Origin: Candidatus Woesearchaeota archaeon
Lineage (GTDB): Archaea; Nanobdellota; Nanobdellia; SCGC-AAA011-G17; JACPIM01
Direction of reading: 5' to 3'
NCBI GenBank assembly: GCA_964603525.1
Contig: CAZRVI010000001.1
Location: 749 to 64,748 of the forward strand
Length of the DNA stretch: 64,000 bases
Both the position numbers and the translations under genes were made by a program. The notes under the pieces are model-generated. The model searched no databases, was not told where the DNA came from, and saw only the letters and a list, made by a program, of their open reading frames with translations. This document shows positions 26,805 through 37,486 of this stretch, one piece after another. The first letter of the stretch is position 1. The number at the start of each line of letters is the position of its first letter.

Positions 26805-28655
26805 TTATTTAAAGGTTTTGATTTTATTATAGATTCTTGATTTCCCTTTCCAATCAAAAGCATATTTTAAAACTTCTTTTATATTATTAACAGGGATTAT
26901 TTTGACTTTTTTAAGTTTATTTTTGGGAATTATTATATCTTTTTCATTTGCATGAGGTATTATGATTTTTTTAATTCCTGCTTCTATTGCTGCTTCTATT
27001 TTTGCTGAAATTCCTCCAACAGGAAGGACATCTCCTCTTACGGAAAGAGAGCCAGTAAAAGCAATGTTTTGATAGATTGGAATTTTCTTTAGGGCAGATA
27101 TTATAGCTACTGCAACAGCAATGGATGCTGAATCACCTTCTACCCCTGTTTGAGAAGTTTGTAAAAATTGAACAAAAATATCGTATTTTTCTTTTATATC
27201 TTCTCCAAAATATTTTAAGATTATAGCTGAAACATTTTTAACAGCTTCTTTTGCTATTTTTCCTAATTGGCCTGTAGCTATTATTTCTGCTTTTTTTCCA
27301 CCAGGTGTTACTTCAGATTCTATTGGGAGAACAATTCCCGAATAAGAAAACTCTGATCCCAATATTGCTAACCCATTAACTCTCCCTATTAGTTTCCCTT
27401 TTGTTATAATAACTTCATATTTCTTTTTATTTTCTATAAATTTATCAGCTATCTGGTGTTCTAAAGTTCTTGCCAACCTTTTTGCTTGTAGAACATGCTT
27501 CTTTTGTACAAGATCTGAAGATTGTTCTATAGCGAGATCACCTGCTGCCCTTATTAACCCCCCTAATTCTCTTAATCTTAATGTTAACTTGTTTGAAACG
27601 CCTGCCCTTTTTCTTGCTTCTTGTATTATTTCTTGAACAGCTTGTTTTGAAAAGTGTGGTATTTTTCCGTCTTTCACAACTTCTTGTGCTACAAATCTTG
27701 CAATTTTTCTTCTGTTTTCAGGAGTGTCTTCCATATTGTTATTCATGTAAATTTCATAGCCATAACCCCTAATCCTTGATCTTAATGCTGGATGCATTTT
27801 TTGTATAGTCTTTATGTTTCCTGCTGCTACAAGGATGAAATCACAAGGTACTGGTTCGGACCTTACCATTGCTCCAGAAGATCTTTCTGATTGCCCAGTT
27901 ATAGGATATTTTTTTTCTTGGATTGCTGTTAATAATTCTTGTTGTGACTCTTGTTTTAAATTTGCTATTTCATCTATAAACAAAACACCCTTATTTGATC
28001 TATGAATCATTCCAGGAACAAGCCTTTGATATGCTGGAGTACCTAAACCTCCTGATTGCAAAGGGTCATGCAAAACATCCCCTAAAAGAGCCCCTGCATG
28101 TGCTCCAGTTGCATCATGAAAAGGTACTTTTTCTGTTTCTGAATTATCTACTAATATTTTAGGGACCTTTTCTTTTGTTATTTTTTTACTTAAATTAACA
28201 AATATAACAAATATCCCTAAGAATATCATGGAGCCAATTAAAGCTGCTGCAGCCATGATATCACCATATTCTTTTCTAATCCACCAAGGAGTTATCATAG
28301 ATAGAATAACAAAAAAGAATATTAGTAAAAATTGTTTTTTAAATAAAGTTTTGGAACTTAATTTTTCTTTTAAAATAATTTTTTTTGCTTCACCAGCAGG
28401 TACTGTTTTGATTGCTGGTTTATTTTCATCTGAAGGATTATTATAAGAAATTATATCTTTTAGTTCTTCTTTTGGTAGTAATTCTGCTAATGCTTGTCCT
28501 AACATTGATTTTCCTGTTCCTGGTTCTCCTATCAACAAAGCATGTCTTCTTTGTTTTGCTGCTTTTTTGATTAATTCTAATGCATTATCTTGCCCAATAA
28601 TTTTTTCTGCTATTGTATTAGGTACTTTGATATCTTTGGTTGTATTAAATTTCAT
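26805..28655 (-). CDS. lonB: Archaeal membrane-bound Lon protease
   Basis: GEPGTGKS, two TM helices inside the AAA domain, FIDEI, EGDSAS catalytic Ser, PVGGISAK. Confidence 0.95.
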   Translation of the reverse strand: MKFNTTKDIKVPNTIAEKIIGQDNALELIKKAAKQRRHALLIGEPGTGKSMLGQALAELLPKEELKDIISYNNPSDENKPAIKTVPAGEAKKIILKEKLSSKTLFKKQFLLIFFFVILSMITPWWIRKEYGDIMAAAALIGSMIFLGIFVIFVNLSKKITKEKVPKILVDNSETEKVPFHDATGAHAGALLGDVLHDPLQSGGLGTPAYQRLVPGMIHRSNKGVLFIDEIANLKQESQQELLTAIQEKKYPITGQSERSSGAMVRSEPVPCDFILVAAGNIKTIQKMHPALRSRIRGYGYEIYMNNNMEDTPENRRKIARFVAQEVVKDGKIPHFSKQAVQEIIQEARKRAGVSNKLTLRLRELGGLIRAAGDLAIEQSSDLVQKKHVLQAKRLARTLEHQIADKFIENKKKYEVIITKGKLIGRVNGLAILGSEFSYSGIVLPIESEVTPGGKKAEIIATGQLGKIAKEAVKNVSAIILKYFGEDIKEKYDIFVQFLQTSQTGVEGDSASIAVAVAIISALKKIPIYQNIAFTGSLSVRGDVLPVGGISAKIEAAIEAGIKKIIIPHANEKDIIIPKNKLKKVKIIPVNNIKEVLKYAFDWKGKSRIYNKIKTFK

Positions 28656-28693
28656 AGTCTTAGTATAGAACGTAAAAATTTAAAAAATTTGCC

Positions 28694-28957
28694 TTAAATA
28701 ATGTCTTCTTCAGAAACAACTACAAAATCACCTACAGCTATTACAGCTGAAAAAGGAATAGTTAGGTTATTATTCTGGTCTTTTTCTAGTTCAAGACCTT
28801 CAGCATAAGATGTCGGATTTTTAAGTATTATTTGTATTAGCTCTCCTGTTCTTGTTTCAAAAGAAATGTTTCCTACTTCCCCAAATTTTTTCCCTGATTT
28901 TGTAACTACTGTTTTGCCTAAGATTTGTTTTGAATATTTTTTTTCTTCTTCAACCAT
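28694..28957 (-). CDS. PRC-barrel domain protein (CdpB-like)
   Basis: ILGKTVVTKSGKKFGEV...IPFSAVIAVGDFVVV. Confidence 0.85.
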   Translation of the reverse strand: MVEEEKKYSKQILGKTVVTKSGKKFGEVGNISFETRTGELIQIILKNPTSYAEGLELEKDQNNNLTIPFSAVIAVGDFVVVSEEDII

Positions 28958-29034
28958 TTTAATTAATTAATTAAACTAAGTTGTTTATAAACTTTTCTTT
29001 ATTTAAAAGCGAGTATTGATGTATGTATTTTGAA

Positions 29035-29355
29035 GGGGGGACCCACACCTTTGTTTCAGATGGAACTTTATTTAGAGAATTATGGAAATTTTTGTTTTAA
29101 ATAAAAATTATTAGGTTATTTTTAGGTTAAGAATTTAAATATTGATTTTAGGGGTTTTTGAAATTATTATTTTTATATAGTAGTAATATAAAAATTATAA
29201 ATAAATTATAAATATTTCTATAATATAATTATATCTTCTATCTTATAATCTTTTTAAACATATATTTTTAATATTTTATTTTATATTTATACTATGGTCT
29301 TATAATTTTTGAAAAAATCTATTAAACTTTTTCTATAGGAAATAATGGTCTGGGT
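29035..29355. promoter_or_regulatory. Candidate replication origin: two inverted ORB-like boxes around an AT-rich DUE
   Basis: Reverse complement of 29041-29066 (GTTCCATCTGAAACAAAGGTGTGGGT) matches 29330-29355 (TTTCTATAGGAAATAATGGTCTGGGT) at 19/26; very AT-rich between; directly upstream of cdc6. Confidence 0.75.
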
Positions 29356-29409
29356 GTATATTTTCTTTTGTAAAAATCTTTAAATATAAATTGTTTTTAT
29401 AAGCCCTTT

Positions 29410-30615
29410 ATGGAAAAAAATTTAGAGGTGTTTTTTGAAAATTATGTAGGTAAAAATACACTATTTAAAAACAAAAAAGTTTTACAAGCAAATTATATTC
29501 CAAAAATAATTTCTTATAGGAGCAAGGAGATAGGAATTATTGCGGAAATATTAGCTCCTTCACTGAAGTTAGAAAAACCAAGCAATATTTTTATTTATGG
29601 TAAAACAGGTACTGGGAAGACTTTGGTTGTTAAACATGTTAGTGAAAGTATGTTAAGAATTGCAGAAAAAAAGAGTGTCAAATTAAAAATAGTTTATATC
29701 AATTGCAAATTAAAAAGGGTTGCTGATACAGAGTATAGATTAATTGCTCACTTAGCTAGGGAGTTTGGTGTTATGGTTCCTGCTACTGGATTACCTACAG
29801 ATGAAGTCTATAAAATGTTTATTGATTTTTTAGATAAGGATAAGATTTTGTTGTTAATAATTTTGGATGAGATAGATCAATTGGTTAGCAGGACAGGTGA
29901 TGGTATACTTTATAATCTAACAAGATTAAATTCAGAATTAAAGAACAGCGAGATATCTTTGATTGGTATTAGTAATGATTTAGTTTTTACAGATAATTTA
30001 GATCCTAGGGTTAAATCGAGTTTATCTGAAGAAGAAATAGTTTTTACTCCTTATGATGCTATCCAATTACAAAAGATTTTAAAGAGAAGAGCTAAATTAG
30101 CATTCAAAGAAAATGCTGTTATGGGGGGAGTTATTGAAAAATGCGCTGCTTACGCGGCAAGAGAACATGGGGATGCGAGAAGGGCATTAGAATTGTTAAG
30201 AATTGCTGGTGAGCTTGCGGAAAGAAAAAATGAAAAAAAGATTGAAGTGAAGCATGTTGATATAGCAGAAGATAAAATAGAAAAAGATAGGGTTATAGAC
30301 ATTATTCGTACACAACCAAAACAATCCAAATTAACCCTTTATAGTATTTTTAATATAATTTTTAAAACAAAAGGTCCTGTATTTACAGGAGATATATATG
30401 ATGCTTATAAGGAATTATGTTTTAAACATGGTGTTAGGCCTTTGACACAGAGGAGATTAAGTGATATTATTGCAGAGTTAGATATGTTTGGTATAATAAA
30501 TGCAAAGATTATTAGTAAGGGGAGATATGGGAGAACAAGGGAAATTTGTTTGGCTATACCAAAATCTACAGTTCCGATTTTAAAGAAATTATTGGAAGAG
30601 GAACTTGGATTATGA
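29410..30615 (+). CDS. cdc6: Orc1/Cdc6 replication initiator
   Basis: YGKTGTGKT, ILDEID, LDPRVKSSL, HGDARRAL, C-terminal wH SKGRYGRTREI. Confidence 0.96.
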   Translation: MEKNLEVFFENYVGKNTLFKNKKVLQANYIPKIISYRSKEIGIIAEILAPSLKLEKPSNIFIYGKTGTGKTLVVKHVSESMLRIAEKKSVKLKIVYINCKLKRVADTEYRLIAHLAREFGVMVPATGLPTDEVYKMFIDFLDKDKILLLIILDEIDQLVSRTGDGILYNLTRLNSELKNSEISLIGISNDLVFTDNLDPRVKSSLSEEEIVFTPYDAIQLQKILKRRAKLAFKENAVMGGVIEKCAAYAAREHGDARRALELLRIAGELAERKNEKKIEVKHVDIAEDKIEKDRVIDIIRTQPKQSKLTLYSIFNIIFKTKGPVFTGDIYDAYKELCFKHGVRPLTQRRLSDIIAELDMFGIINAKIISKGRYGRTREICLAIPKSTVPILKKLLEEELGL

Positions 30616-32255
30616 ACAAACAAAAGTTAATTAATAATTTTTTAGATAGAGGGTTTTTAGTTAGTCCAGATTTTTTAAGGGAATTTAATTTAGATCAAGA
30701 AATTTTTTTAAGACTTTTAAATAGGAAATTAAAGAACAAAGATAAGCCTTTTGTTTTAAATAAAGACTTATTAAATATTTTCCAAGAAGCAGATTTTATT
30801 CCTGAAATAAATTGGTTGGAGTTTGAAAAATCAAGAGCATTTTCGGAGAAAGGAAAAAAGGAAAAAGTGTATAAAACGTTTTTAAATATTCTTAATTATA
30901 ATATTTCTAAAAAAAAGAAAAATGATATAGACAGGATTGTAAAGGATGTTAAGAAACCTGAGGGAAAAATAATTTTAGATAAAAGCGAAAAAGAATATTC
31001 CAATATAATTGTTCTTAAAAACTATAAAGAAAAAGATAAGAAGAGGGAGATTAATGATTTTGTTGGTTATTTTCGGTCTAGATATGATAAGTTAAGAGAG
31101 ATTTTACAGAAAAGGAGAGAGTTACAAGATGTTGTTTCTATTAAGAGGGTTTTGGATAAAAGAGAAAAAGGAGATGTAAGTTTAATAGGCCTTTTGGCTA
31201 ATAAACATGTAACTAAAGCAGGAAATATTATTTTAAATTTAGAAGATAGCACGGGAAGAATTTCTGTAATTATTAAAAAGGAGGACAGGGAGCTGACACA
31301 AATTGCTAAGAACCTAGTTTTTGATGAAGTTATTGGTGTAAGGGGATTATATAACAATAAATTTGTTTTTTGTAATTCTTTATATTTTCCTGGTTTTCCT
31401 GAGAAAGAGCTTAAAAAAGCAGAAGATGATGTTTATGTTGTGTTTACTGCGGATTTGCATTTTGGAAATAAAAATTTCTTATTAAAAGACTTTATGAAAT
31501 TTATTGATTGGTTAAACTGTAAAACGGGGGACAAAAAGCAAAGGATTATCTCTAGTAAAGTTAGGTACTTGTTTATTGTTGGTGATGTTGTTGATGGTGT
31601 GGGGATCTTTCCTGGACAAGAAGAAGAGTTATTAATAAAAGATATTTATAAACAATACGAAGGCTGTGCAAGGCTGTTAAGCAAAATAAGAAAAGATATT
31701 AATATTGTTATTTGTGCAGGAAATCATGATGCATTACGGTTATCTGAACCCCAACCAGTTTTAGATAAAAATTTAGCAAAACCGCTTTGGGATTTGCCAA
31801 ATGTTACAATTGTAACTAATCCGAGTGTAGTTAATTTACACTCTTCAAAGGATTTTGACGGTTTTAATTTATTGTTGTATCATGGATATAGTTTTCAATA
31901 TTATGCTGATAATGTTGAAAATATAAGAATCGCTGGTGGAACAACTAGGGCGGATTTGGTAATGAAACTTTTATTGGAAAAGAGACATTTAGCTCCAAGT
32001 CATACCTCTACATTGTATATTCCTGATAGTATTAGTGATCCTCTAGTGATAGAAAAGATTCCGGATTTTTTTGTTACAGCACATATTCATAGAACAACAG
32101 TTTCAAATTATAAAGGTGTTAGCTTAATTGGTTGTGGATGTTGGATACCACAAACACCTTTCCAAGAGAAAGTGGGTTTACATCCAGAACCTTCTAAGGT
32201 ACCGCTAGTTAATCTAAAAACAAGGGAAATTAAGGTTATGGATTTTGGAAAGTAA
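30612..32255 (+). CDS. polD1: DNA polymerase D small (proofreading) subunit DP1
   Basis: OB fold, ADLHFG, GDVVDG.GIFPGQE, GNHDA, RHLAP, AHIH; ATGA overlap with cdc6. Confidence 0.94.
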   Translation: MNKQKLINNFLDRGFLVSPDFLREFNLDQEIFLRLLNRKLKNKDKPFVLNKDLLNIFQEADFIPEINWLEFEKSRAFSEKGKKEKVYKTFLNILNYNISKKKKNDIDRIVKDVKKPEGKIILDKSEKEYSNIIVLKNYKEKDKKREINDFVGYFRSRYDKLREILQKRRELQDVVSIKRVLDKREKGDVSLIGLLANKHVTKAGNIILNLEDSTGRISVIIKKEDRELTQIAKNLVFDEVIGVRGLYNNKFVFCNSLYFPGFPEKELKKAEDDVYVVFTADLHFGNKNFLLKDFMKFIDWLNCKTGDKKQRIISSKVRYLFIVGDVVDGVGIFPGQEEELLIKDIYKQYEGCARLLSKIRKDINIVICAGNHDALRLSEPQPVLDKNLAKPLWDLPNVTIVTNPSVVNLHSSKDFDGFNLLLYHGYSFQYYADNVENIRIAGGTTRADLVMKLLLEKRHLAPSHTSTLYIPDSISDPLVIEKIPDFFVTAHIHRTTVSNYKGVSLIGCGCWIPQTPFQEKVGLHPEPSKVPLVNLKTREIKVMDFGK

Positions 32256-32455
32256 CATTAATCTTTATACTAAAGTTAAGAAGCTTTTATGCAAACTCAT
32301 ACTCAATTGTTCACAAAGAAACTTTGTGTTCATCATTTGATATGTATGATTGTGTTACAGCAATCTTTGTAGTTAAGAACTTACTTAACAATTTAAGATT
32401 AAAGGAGGCAGCAATTTATCCCATCTAAAGAAAAGGGTATCCTTGCGAGGGTTTT

Positions 32456-35400
32456 ATGAAAAGATATTTTGAAGATATAGATAAGGAATTGAAAGTAGCT
32501 TTTGAAGTTGCTAATGAGGCAAGGAAAAAGGGTTATGACCCAGAAGATAAAGTTGAAATATTGTTCGCGAAAAATATGGCTGAGCGTGTAGAAAAATTAA
32601 TATCTGTTGTGGCTCCACAAATTGCTGGTACTGGTGTTGTTGAAAGGTTAAAGGAGTTGGAAAAGGAATATGGTTTGCAAGACTGGAGAGTTGCTTTAGT
32701 TATTGCTGGAGAAGTTGCAGAACAGAAATTTTGTAAGTTTAAAAGTGAGAGAGAGGCAATGGAAGTGGGTATCAGAGTTGGACTGGCTTATATTACTAAT
32801 GGCGTTGTTGCAAGTCCTTTAGAAGGTTTTGTGAGATTGGAGTTAAAAGAGAGGAGAGATGGTAAAAAATATCTTTGTTTGTATTATTCTGGACCGATAA
32901 GAAGTGCTGGTGGAACAGCATCTTCTGTTTCAGTTATTATTGCTGACTATATTAGGATAAGGATGGGTTATAAGGAATATGATCCTACTAAGGAAGAAAT
33001 TAAAAGAATGTCCACAGAGTTATATGATTATCATGAAAAAGTTACCAATTTACAGTATTTACCTAGTGTAGAAGAAATTGAGTTTATGATAGGGCATTTG
33101 CCTGTTCAGATTGATGGTGATCCTTCTGAGAAATATGAGGTTAGTAATTATAAGGATTTAAAAAGAATAGAGACAAATATAATAAGAAATGGTGTTTGTT
33201 TAGTTGTTGGTGAAGGTTTGACGCAAAAAGCTCCGAAATTATGGAAGCAGTTGGAGAAATGGGGGAAAGATTTTGGGTTAAAGCAATGGAATTTCTTGGA
33301 AAAATTTTTGAAGATTCAAAAGAGAGTTAAGGCTAAAGAAAAAATTGGTGAGAAAAAAGAGGGTATAATAACTCCGGATTATACTTTTATTAAAGATTTG
33401 GTTGCAGGAAGACCTGTTTTAGGCCATCCGTTGAGAAGTGGAGCTTTTAGATTGAGGTATGGCAGATGTAGGGTGAGTGGTTATAGTTCTTACGCGATTC
33501 ATCCCGCTACTATGGTTGTTCTCAGTAAGTACATAGCTATAGGCACGCAATTAAGGGTTGAAAGGCCTGGAAAAGCTACTGTTGTCGGATGTTGTGATTC
33601 CATAGAAGGCCCTGTAGTTAGGTTAAAAAATGGCGATGTTGTTTTAATTGAAAATGAAAAACAAGCTAAAGAAATTATTAATGATATGGAAGAAATATTG
33701 TATCTTGGTGATATATTAATTGGGTATGGTGAATTTTTGAATAGAGCACATGTTTTGATTCCTCCTGGGTACTGTGAGGAATGGTGGATGCAGGAGGCAG
33801 GTGTAGATAAAAAAGAAATTAGTGTTGATGAAGCTATTGGGTTGTGTAAGGAAGGAAAACCTTTACATCCTAGATATACCTTCCATTGGAGAGAAATTGA
33901 TAAAGAGCAATTACAAAGTTTGGTTAACTGGTTAAGGCAGGGTAAAATACAAGAAAAAATTGAATTGCCTTTAGATTATGATATTTCTTTAATTGCTTCA
34001 AAGCGAGATCCCAAAAGAGTTTTAGAGTTATTAGGTGTGCCACACAAAGTTTGTGATAAAAGTATTTTAATTGATAAGGAATGGTCTAAAGCATTAATGT
34101 TTTCTTTAGGCAATGATTTAGGTAATTTAGATATTATGAATAATGAATTTGATGATGTTTTAGACATTATTAATAATATTTCTGGTGTAAAAGTAAGAGA
34201 CAAATCTGGAATGTTTATTGGTGCAAGAATGGGCAGGCCAGAGAAAGCGAAAATGAGAAAAATGACGGGTTCCCCTCATATTTTGTTTCCTGTTGGTGTT
34301 GAAGGTGGAAGGCTTAGATGTTTCCAATCAGCATTAGATAAGGGAAAAATAAAAGCACAATTTCCAATTTTTTATTGTGATCACTGTGGTAAGGATACGA
34401 TTTATAAAGTATGTGAAAGATGTGGTAAAAGGACTATACAATTATATTATTGTTCTAAATGTAATAAACTTAGTAAAAAGAAATGTCATACGGATTTAAA
34501 ATATAAGACACACATTATTGATATAAATCATTATTTTAAATCTGCTTTGGATTTGTTGAATATAACACATCATCCTGAACTGATTAAGGGAGTAAGAGGA
34601 ACTAGTAATGAAGATCGTATTCCTGAGCATTTGGCTAAAGGTATTTTGAGAGCGATTCATGGGCTTTATGTGAATAAGGATGGTACAGCAAGGTATGATA
34701 TGACTGAGATGGTAATTACTCATTTCAAACCAAAAGAAATTGGAACTTCTATTAGAAAGTTAAAGGATATGGGTTATGATAGGGATATTTATGGTAATAA
34801 CTTGGAAAGTGAGGAACAGATTTTAGAAATAAAGCCCCAGGATGTTATATTGCCTGGTTCTTCTGAAAAAGGTTTGGATGAGAAGGCAGATGAGTTTTTG
34901 TTTAATGTTTGTAATTTTATTGATGATATGTTGGTTAGGTTATATAAATTAAAACCTTTCTATAATTTAAATAGCAAAAAGGATTTAATTGGACAGTTGG
35001 TTATAGGTTTAAGTCCACATACCTCTGCAGGTATTGTTTTAAGAGTCATTGGTTTTTCAAAAACGCAAGGATTTTTAGCACATCCTTATGTACATGCTAT
35101 TATGAGGAGAGATTGTGATGGGGATGAAGCAGGGATTATCTTGTTGTTGGATGCGCTAATTAATTTTTCTGTTAAGTATTTACCCGCGCATAGAGGGGCT
35201 AGACAAGATGAGCCTTTAGTTTTGACTTCCAGAATTGATCCCAAGGAAGTTGATGATATGGTTTTTGATATGGATATCTGTTGGAAGTACCCTTTGGAAT
35301 TCTATGAGGCCTGTTTGAATTATAAACAACCATGGGATATTAAGATTGAGAAAATTGGTGATAGATTGGGAAGTGATAGAGAATTTGAAAATTTCGGTTT

Positions 35401-35860
35401 TACTCATAGTGTTGGTGATATTAATAAAGGTGTTAGATGTAGCGCATATAAATTTATTCCAACAATGCAGGAAAAAGTTAAGGGTCAAATGGATTTGGCT
35501 GAAAAAATAAGGGCTGTAGATGAAAACGATGTTGCCAGACTTGTTATTGAAAGGCATTTTATTAGGGATATTAAAGGGAATTTAAGGAAATTTTCTTCAC
35601 AACAATTTAGATGTGTTAATTGCAATGAGAAATATAGAAGGCCACCTTTATTAGGTGTTTGTTTGAAGTGTGGTGGAAGGATAATATTTACTGTTGCTGA
35701 AGGTTCTGTTATAAAATATTTAGAACCCAGTTTGTCTTTAGCAGAGAAGTATGATATTCCTGTTTATTTAAAACAAACTTTAGATTTAACAAAGAGAAGG
35801 ATTGAGAGTGTGTTTGGAAAGGATAAATATAAACAAGAAGGTTTGAGGAGATGGTTTTAA
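32456..35860 (+). CDS. polD2: DNA polymerase D large subunit DP2 (no intein)
   Basis: GPIRSAGGT, FRLRYGR, GARMGRPEKA, RRDCDGDE, C-terminal Zn fingers. Confidence 0.96.
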   Translation: MKRYFEDIDKELKVAFEVANEARKKGYDPEDKVEILFAKNMAERVEKLISVVAPQIAGTGVVERLKELEKEYGLQDWRVALVIAGEVAEQKFCKFKSEREAMEVGIRVGLAYITNGVVASPLEGFVRLELKERRDGKKYLCLYYSGPIRSAGGTASSVSVIIADYIRIRMGYKEYDPTKEEIKRMSTELYDYHEKVTNLQYLPSVEEIEFMIGHLPVQIDGDPSEKYEVSNYKDLKRIETNIIRNGVCLVVGEGLTQKAPKLWKQLEKWGKDFGLKQWNFLEKFLKIQKRVKAKEKIGEKKEGIITPDYTFIKDLVAGRPVLGHPLRSGAFRLRYGRCRVSGYSSYAIHPATMVVLSKYIAIGTQLRVERPGKATVVGCCDSIEGPVVRLKNGDVVLIENEKQAKEIINDMEEILYLGDILIGYGEFLNRAHVLIPPGYCEEWWMQEAGVDKKEISVDEAIGLCKEGKPLHPRYTFHWREIDKEQLQSLVNWLRQGKIQEKIELPLDYDISLIASKRDPKRVLELLGVPHKVCDKSILIDKEWSKALMFSLGNDLGNLDIMNNEFDDVLDIINNISGVKVRDKSGMFIGARMGRPEKAKMRKMTGSPHILFPVGVEGGRLRCFQSALDKGKIKAQFPIFYCDHCGKDTIYKVCERCGKRTIQLYYCSKCNKLSKKKCHTDLKYKTHIIDINHYFKSALDLLNITHHPELIKGVRGTSNEDRIPEHLAKGILRAIHGLYVNKDGTARYDMTEMVITHFKPKEIGTSIRKLKDMGYDRDIYGNNLESEEQILEIKPQDVILPGSSEKGLDEKADEFLFNVCNFIDDMLVRLYKLKPFYNLNSKKDLIGQLVIGLSPHTSAGIVLRVIGFSKTQGFLAHPYVHAIMRRDCDGDEAGIILLLDALINFSVKYLPAHRGARQDEPLVLTSRIDPKEVDDMVFDMDICWKYPLEFYEACLNYKQPWDIKIEKIGDRLGSDREFENFGFTHSVGDINKGVRCSAYKFIPTMQEKVKGQMDLAEKIRAVDENDVARLVIERHFIRDIKGNLRKFSSQQFRCVNCNEKYRRPPLLGVCLKCGGRIIFTVAEGSVIKYLEPSLSLAEKYDIPVYLKQTLDLTKRRIESVFGKDKYKQEGLRRWF

Positions 35861-36006
35861 TAAAGAAATTTGTTGCTGTTATTTTAATTGCTCTTTTAGT
35901 TTTAAATTTAATTTTTGTGGTTTTAGATAAAATAAATTTTGGTGTTTTCTGGGTTTTAATTATTGTTATTGCGATTTTAAGTTATTTAATGAAGAAGTAT
36001 TTATAA
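35851..36006 (+). CDS. 51-aa two-TM small membrane protein (absent from ORF track)
   Basis: MVLIKKFVAVILIALLVLNLIFVVLDKINFGVFWVLIIVIAILSYLMKKYL; GAGGAG upstream; overlaps DP2 stop. Confidence 0.55.
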   Translation: MVLIKKFVAVILIALLVLNLIFVVLDKINFGVFWVLIIVIAILSYLMKKYL

Positions 36007-37202
36007 TAAGAAGTGTAAAATTACCGGGATTAATAAACAACCCATTAAATGATTTTTTCCCACACCTTTTAGTGTTGGTATTATTCCGAGAGATGTTGCT
36101 ACAACAAGAATTAATAGGCCTAGAATTCCAGAAAGATGTATTGTTATGAATGTAATAAATAAGATGATAGATATACATAAAATTTTATAATTAATTTTTG
36201 TGATAATTTTAGAAAATACTTTGCTGAAATATTGTGTTAAGAATGTTGATATTCCTGCAACAAATAGTCCACAACCTAAAAATAAGATTAAATAGTTTAA
36301 TGAGAATAAACTTAATATTTTTGAGATAATTACTACTGAACCCTTTCTTGTTTTATCAATTATGTATAATGTTATGAAACTGACAGCCATATTTAATGTG
36401 TTTAAACCACCTACTAAAATTAAAAATCCTTTATCTGTTAATTTTGTTATTTGTGAACCAATAATTGCTGCTTGTGCAGGGCCTATTCCTGGAAGAAATG
36501 AAGCAATTGTCCCTACTAAAACTGTTGAGAATAAAGATTTTGATGTTTGTTTTGATTCTATTTTTGGAAATTCTATTAATTGTTTTGGTATTACTGTTTT
36601 TGTGTATAAACTCATTATTAAAACACTTGTACCGAATAGTCCTGATAACATTGGAAATAAAGGTTCTTTTAGAATTGGTAAAGTTAGAACACTTAAACCT
36701 AAAATTCCTGATAACATAAATATTGTGAATGACCAAAATTTTGATTTTCTTTCTCTAAAAATTAGAAATATTGTTACTATGATTAATATGTATACAATAA
36801 ATTGTTTAATTATTGAATAAACATATTTGATTGAAAAAATTAGTAAAGGGGTTAGACATATTATAATAATTAAAGAGAATAATGATCCAATAACTGTTAA
36901 TGTAACTGCAGCATAACCTTGCCCTTTTAATAACATTCTATGTCCTGGCAATACTGATAAAACAGTTGTTTCGTCTGGAGCTCCTAAGAAAATAGAAGGT
37001 ATTGAATTAAGAAATGTGTTTACTATTGACATACTTACTATAATAATTGCTATTATTAATGGTGAAAAATATTTTAGTAAGATAATTGATAAAGATAACA
37101 TTAATGTTGCAACTAGATTGGGATGGACCCCGGGATTAATCCGGTGATTGAACCCAGAATGATGCCTATTGACAATGCAATAAATATTTCTAATGTCACC
37201 AT
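36001..37202 (-). pseudogene. TctA-family (tripartite tricarboxylate transporter-like) membrane protein with a single-base frameshift near 37128
   Basis: ATG at 37202 with SD reads ...GSITGLIPG then stops; a -1 shift restores PGVHPNLVA and joins the 366-aa ORF (IPSIFLGAPD, VLPGH, LPGIG). Confidence 0.75.
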
Positions 37203-37243
37203 CTCACCCCCAAAATTTTGTGGTCCTTTTAAATTATTTTTAT

Positions 37244-37369
37244 TTAAAGAGATTCTAATATTTCTCTAACTTTTTTACTTCCTAACTTTTTTAATTTTTT
37301 AAATGTTTTTTTATTTACTCTGATATGGTATTGCTTTGGATAATTCATCTTTTTTTTATCTCCCGCCAT
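37244..37369 (-). CDS. 41-aa ribbon-helix-helix-like protein (absent from ORF track)
   Basis: MAGDKKKMNYPKQYHIRVNKKTFKKLKKLGSKKVREILESL: beta-strand HIRV followed by helices. Confidence 0.5.
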   Translation of the reverse strand: MAGDKKKMNYPKQYHIRVNKKTFKKLKKLGSKKVREILESL

Positions 37370-37486
37370 AATTTTAATATTTTAATTTTAAAACTTTATA
37401 ATCATACTTGTCCTACATAATATATTTTGTAAAGCAAATATTATTTTACAATAGTATATATAAATATAAATGTCCTACAAATATAT

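Noticed and set aside
32456..35860. Inteins in DP2, MCM, RFC, PolB or Lon
   Set aside because: Normal lengths, continuous motifs and no C...HN blocks.
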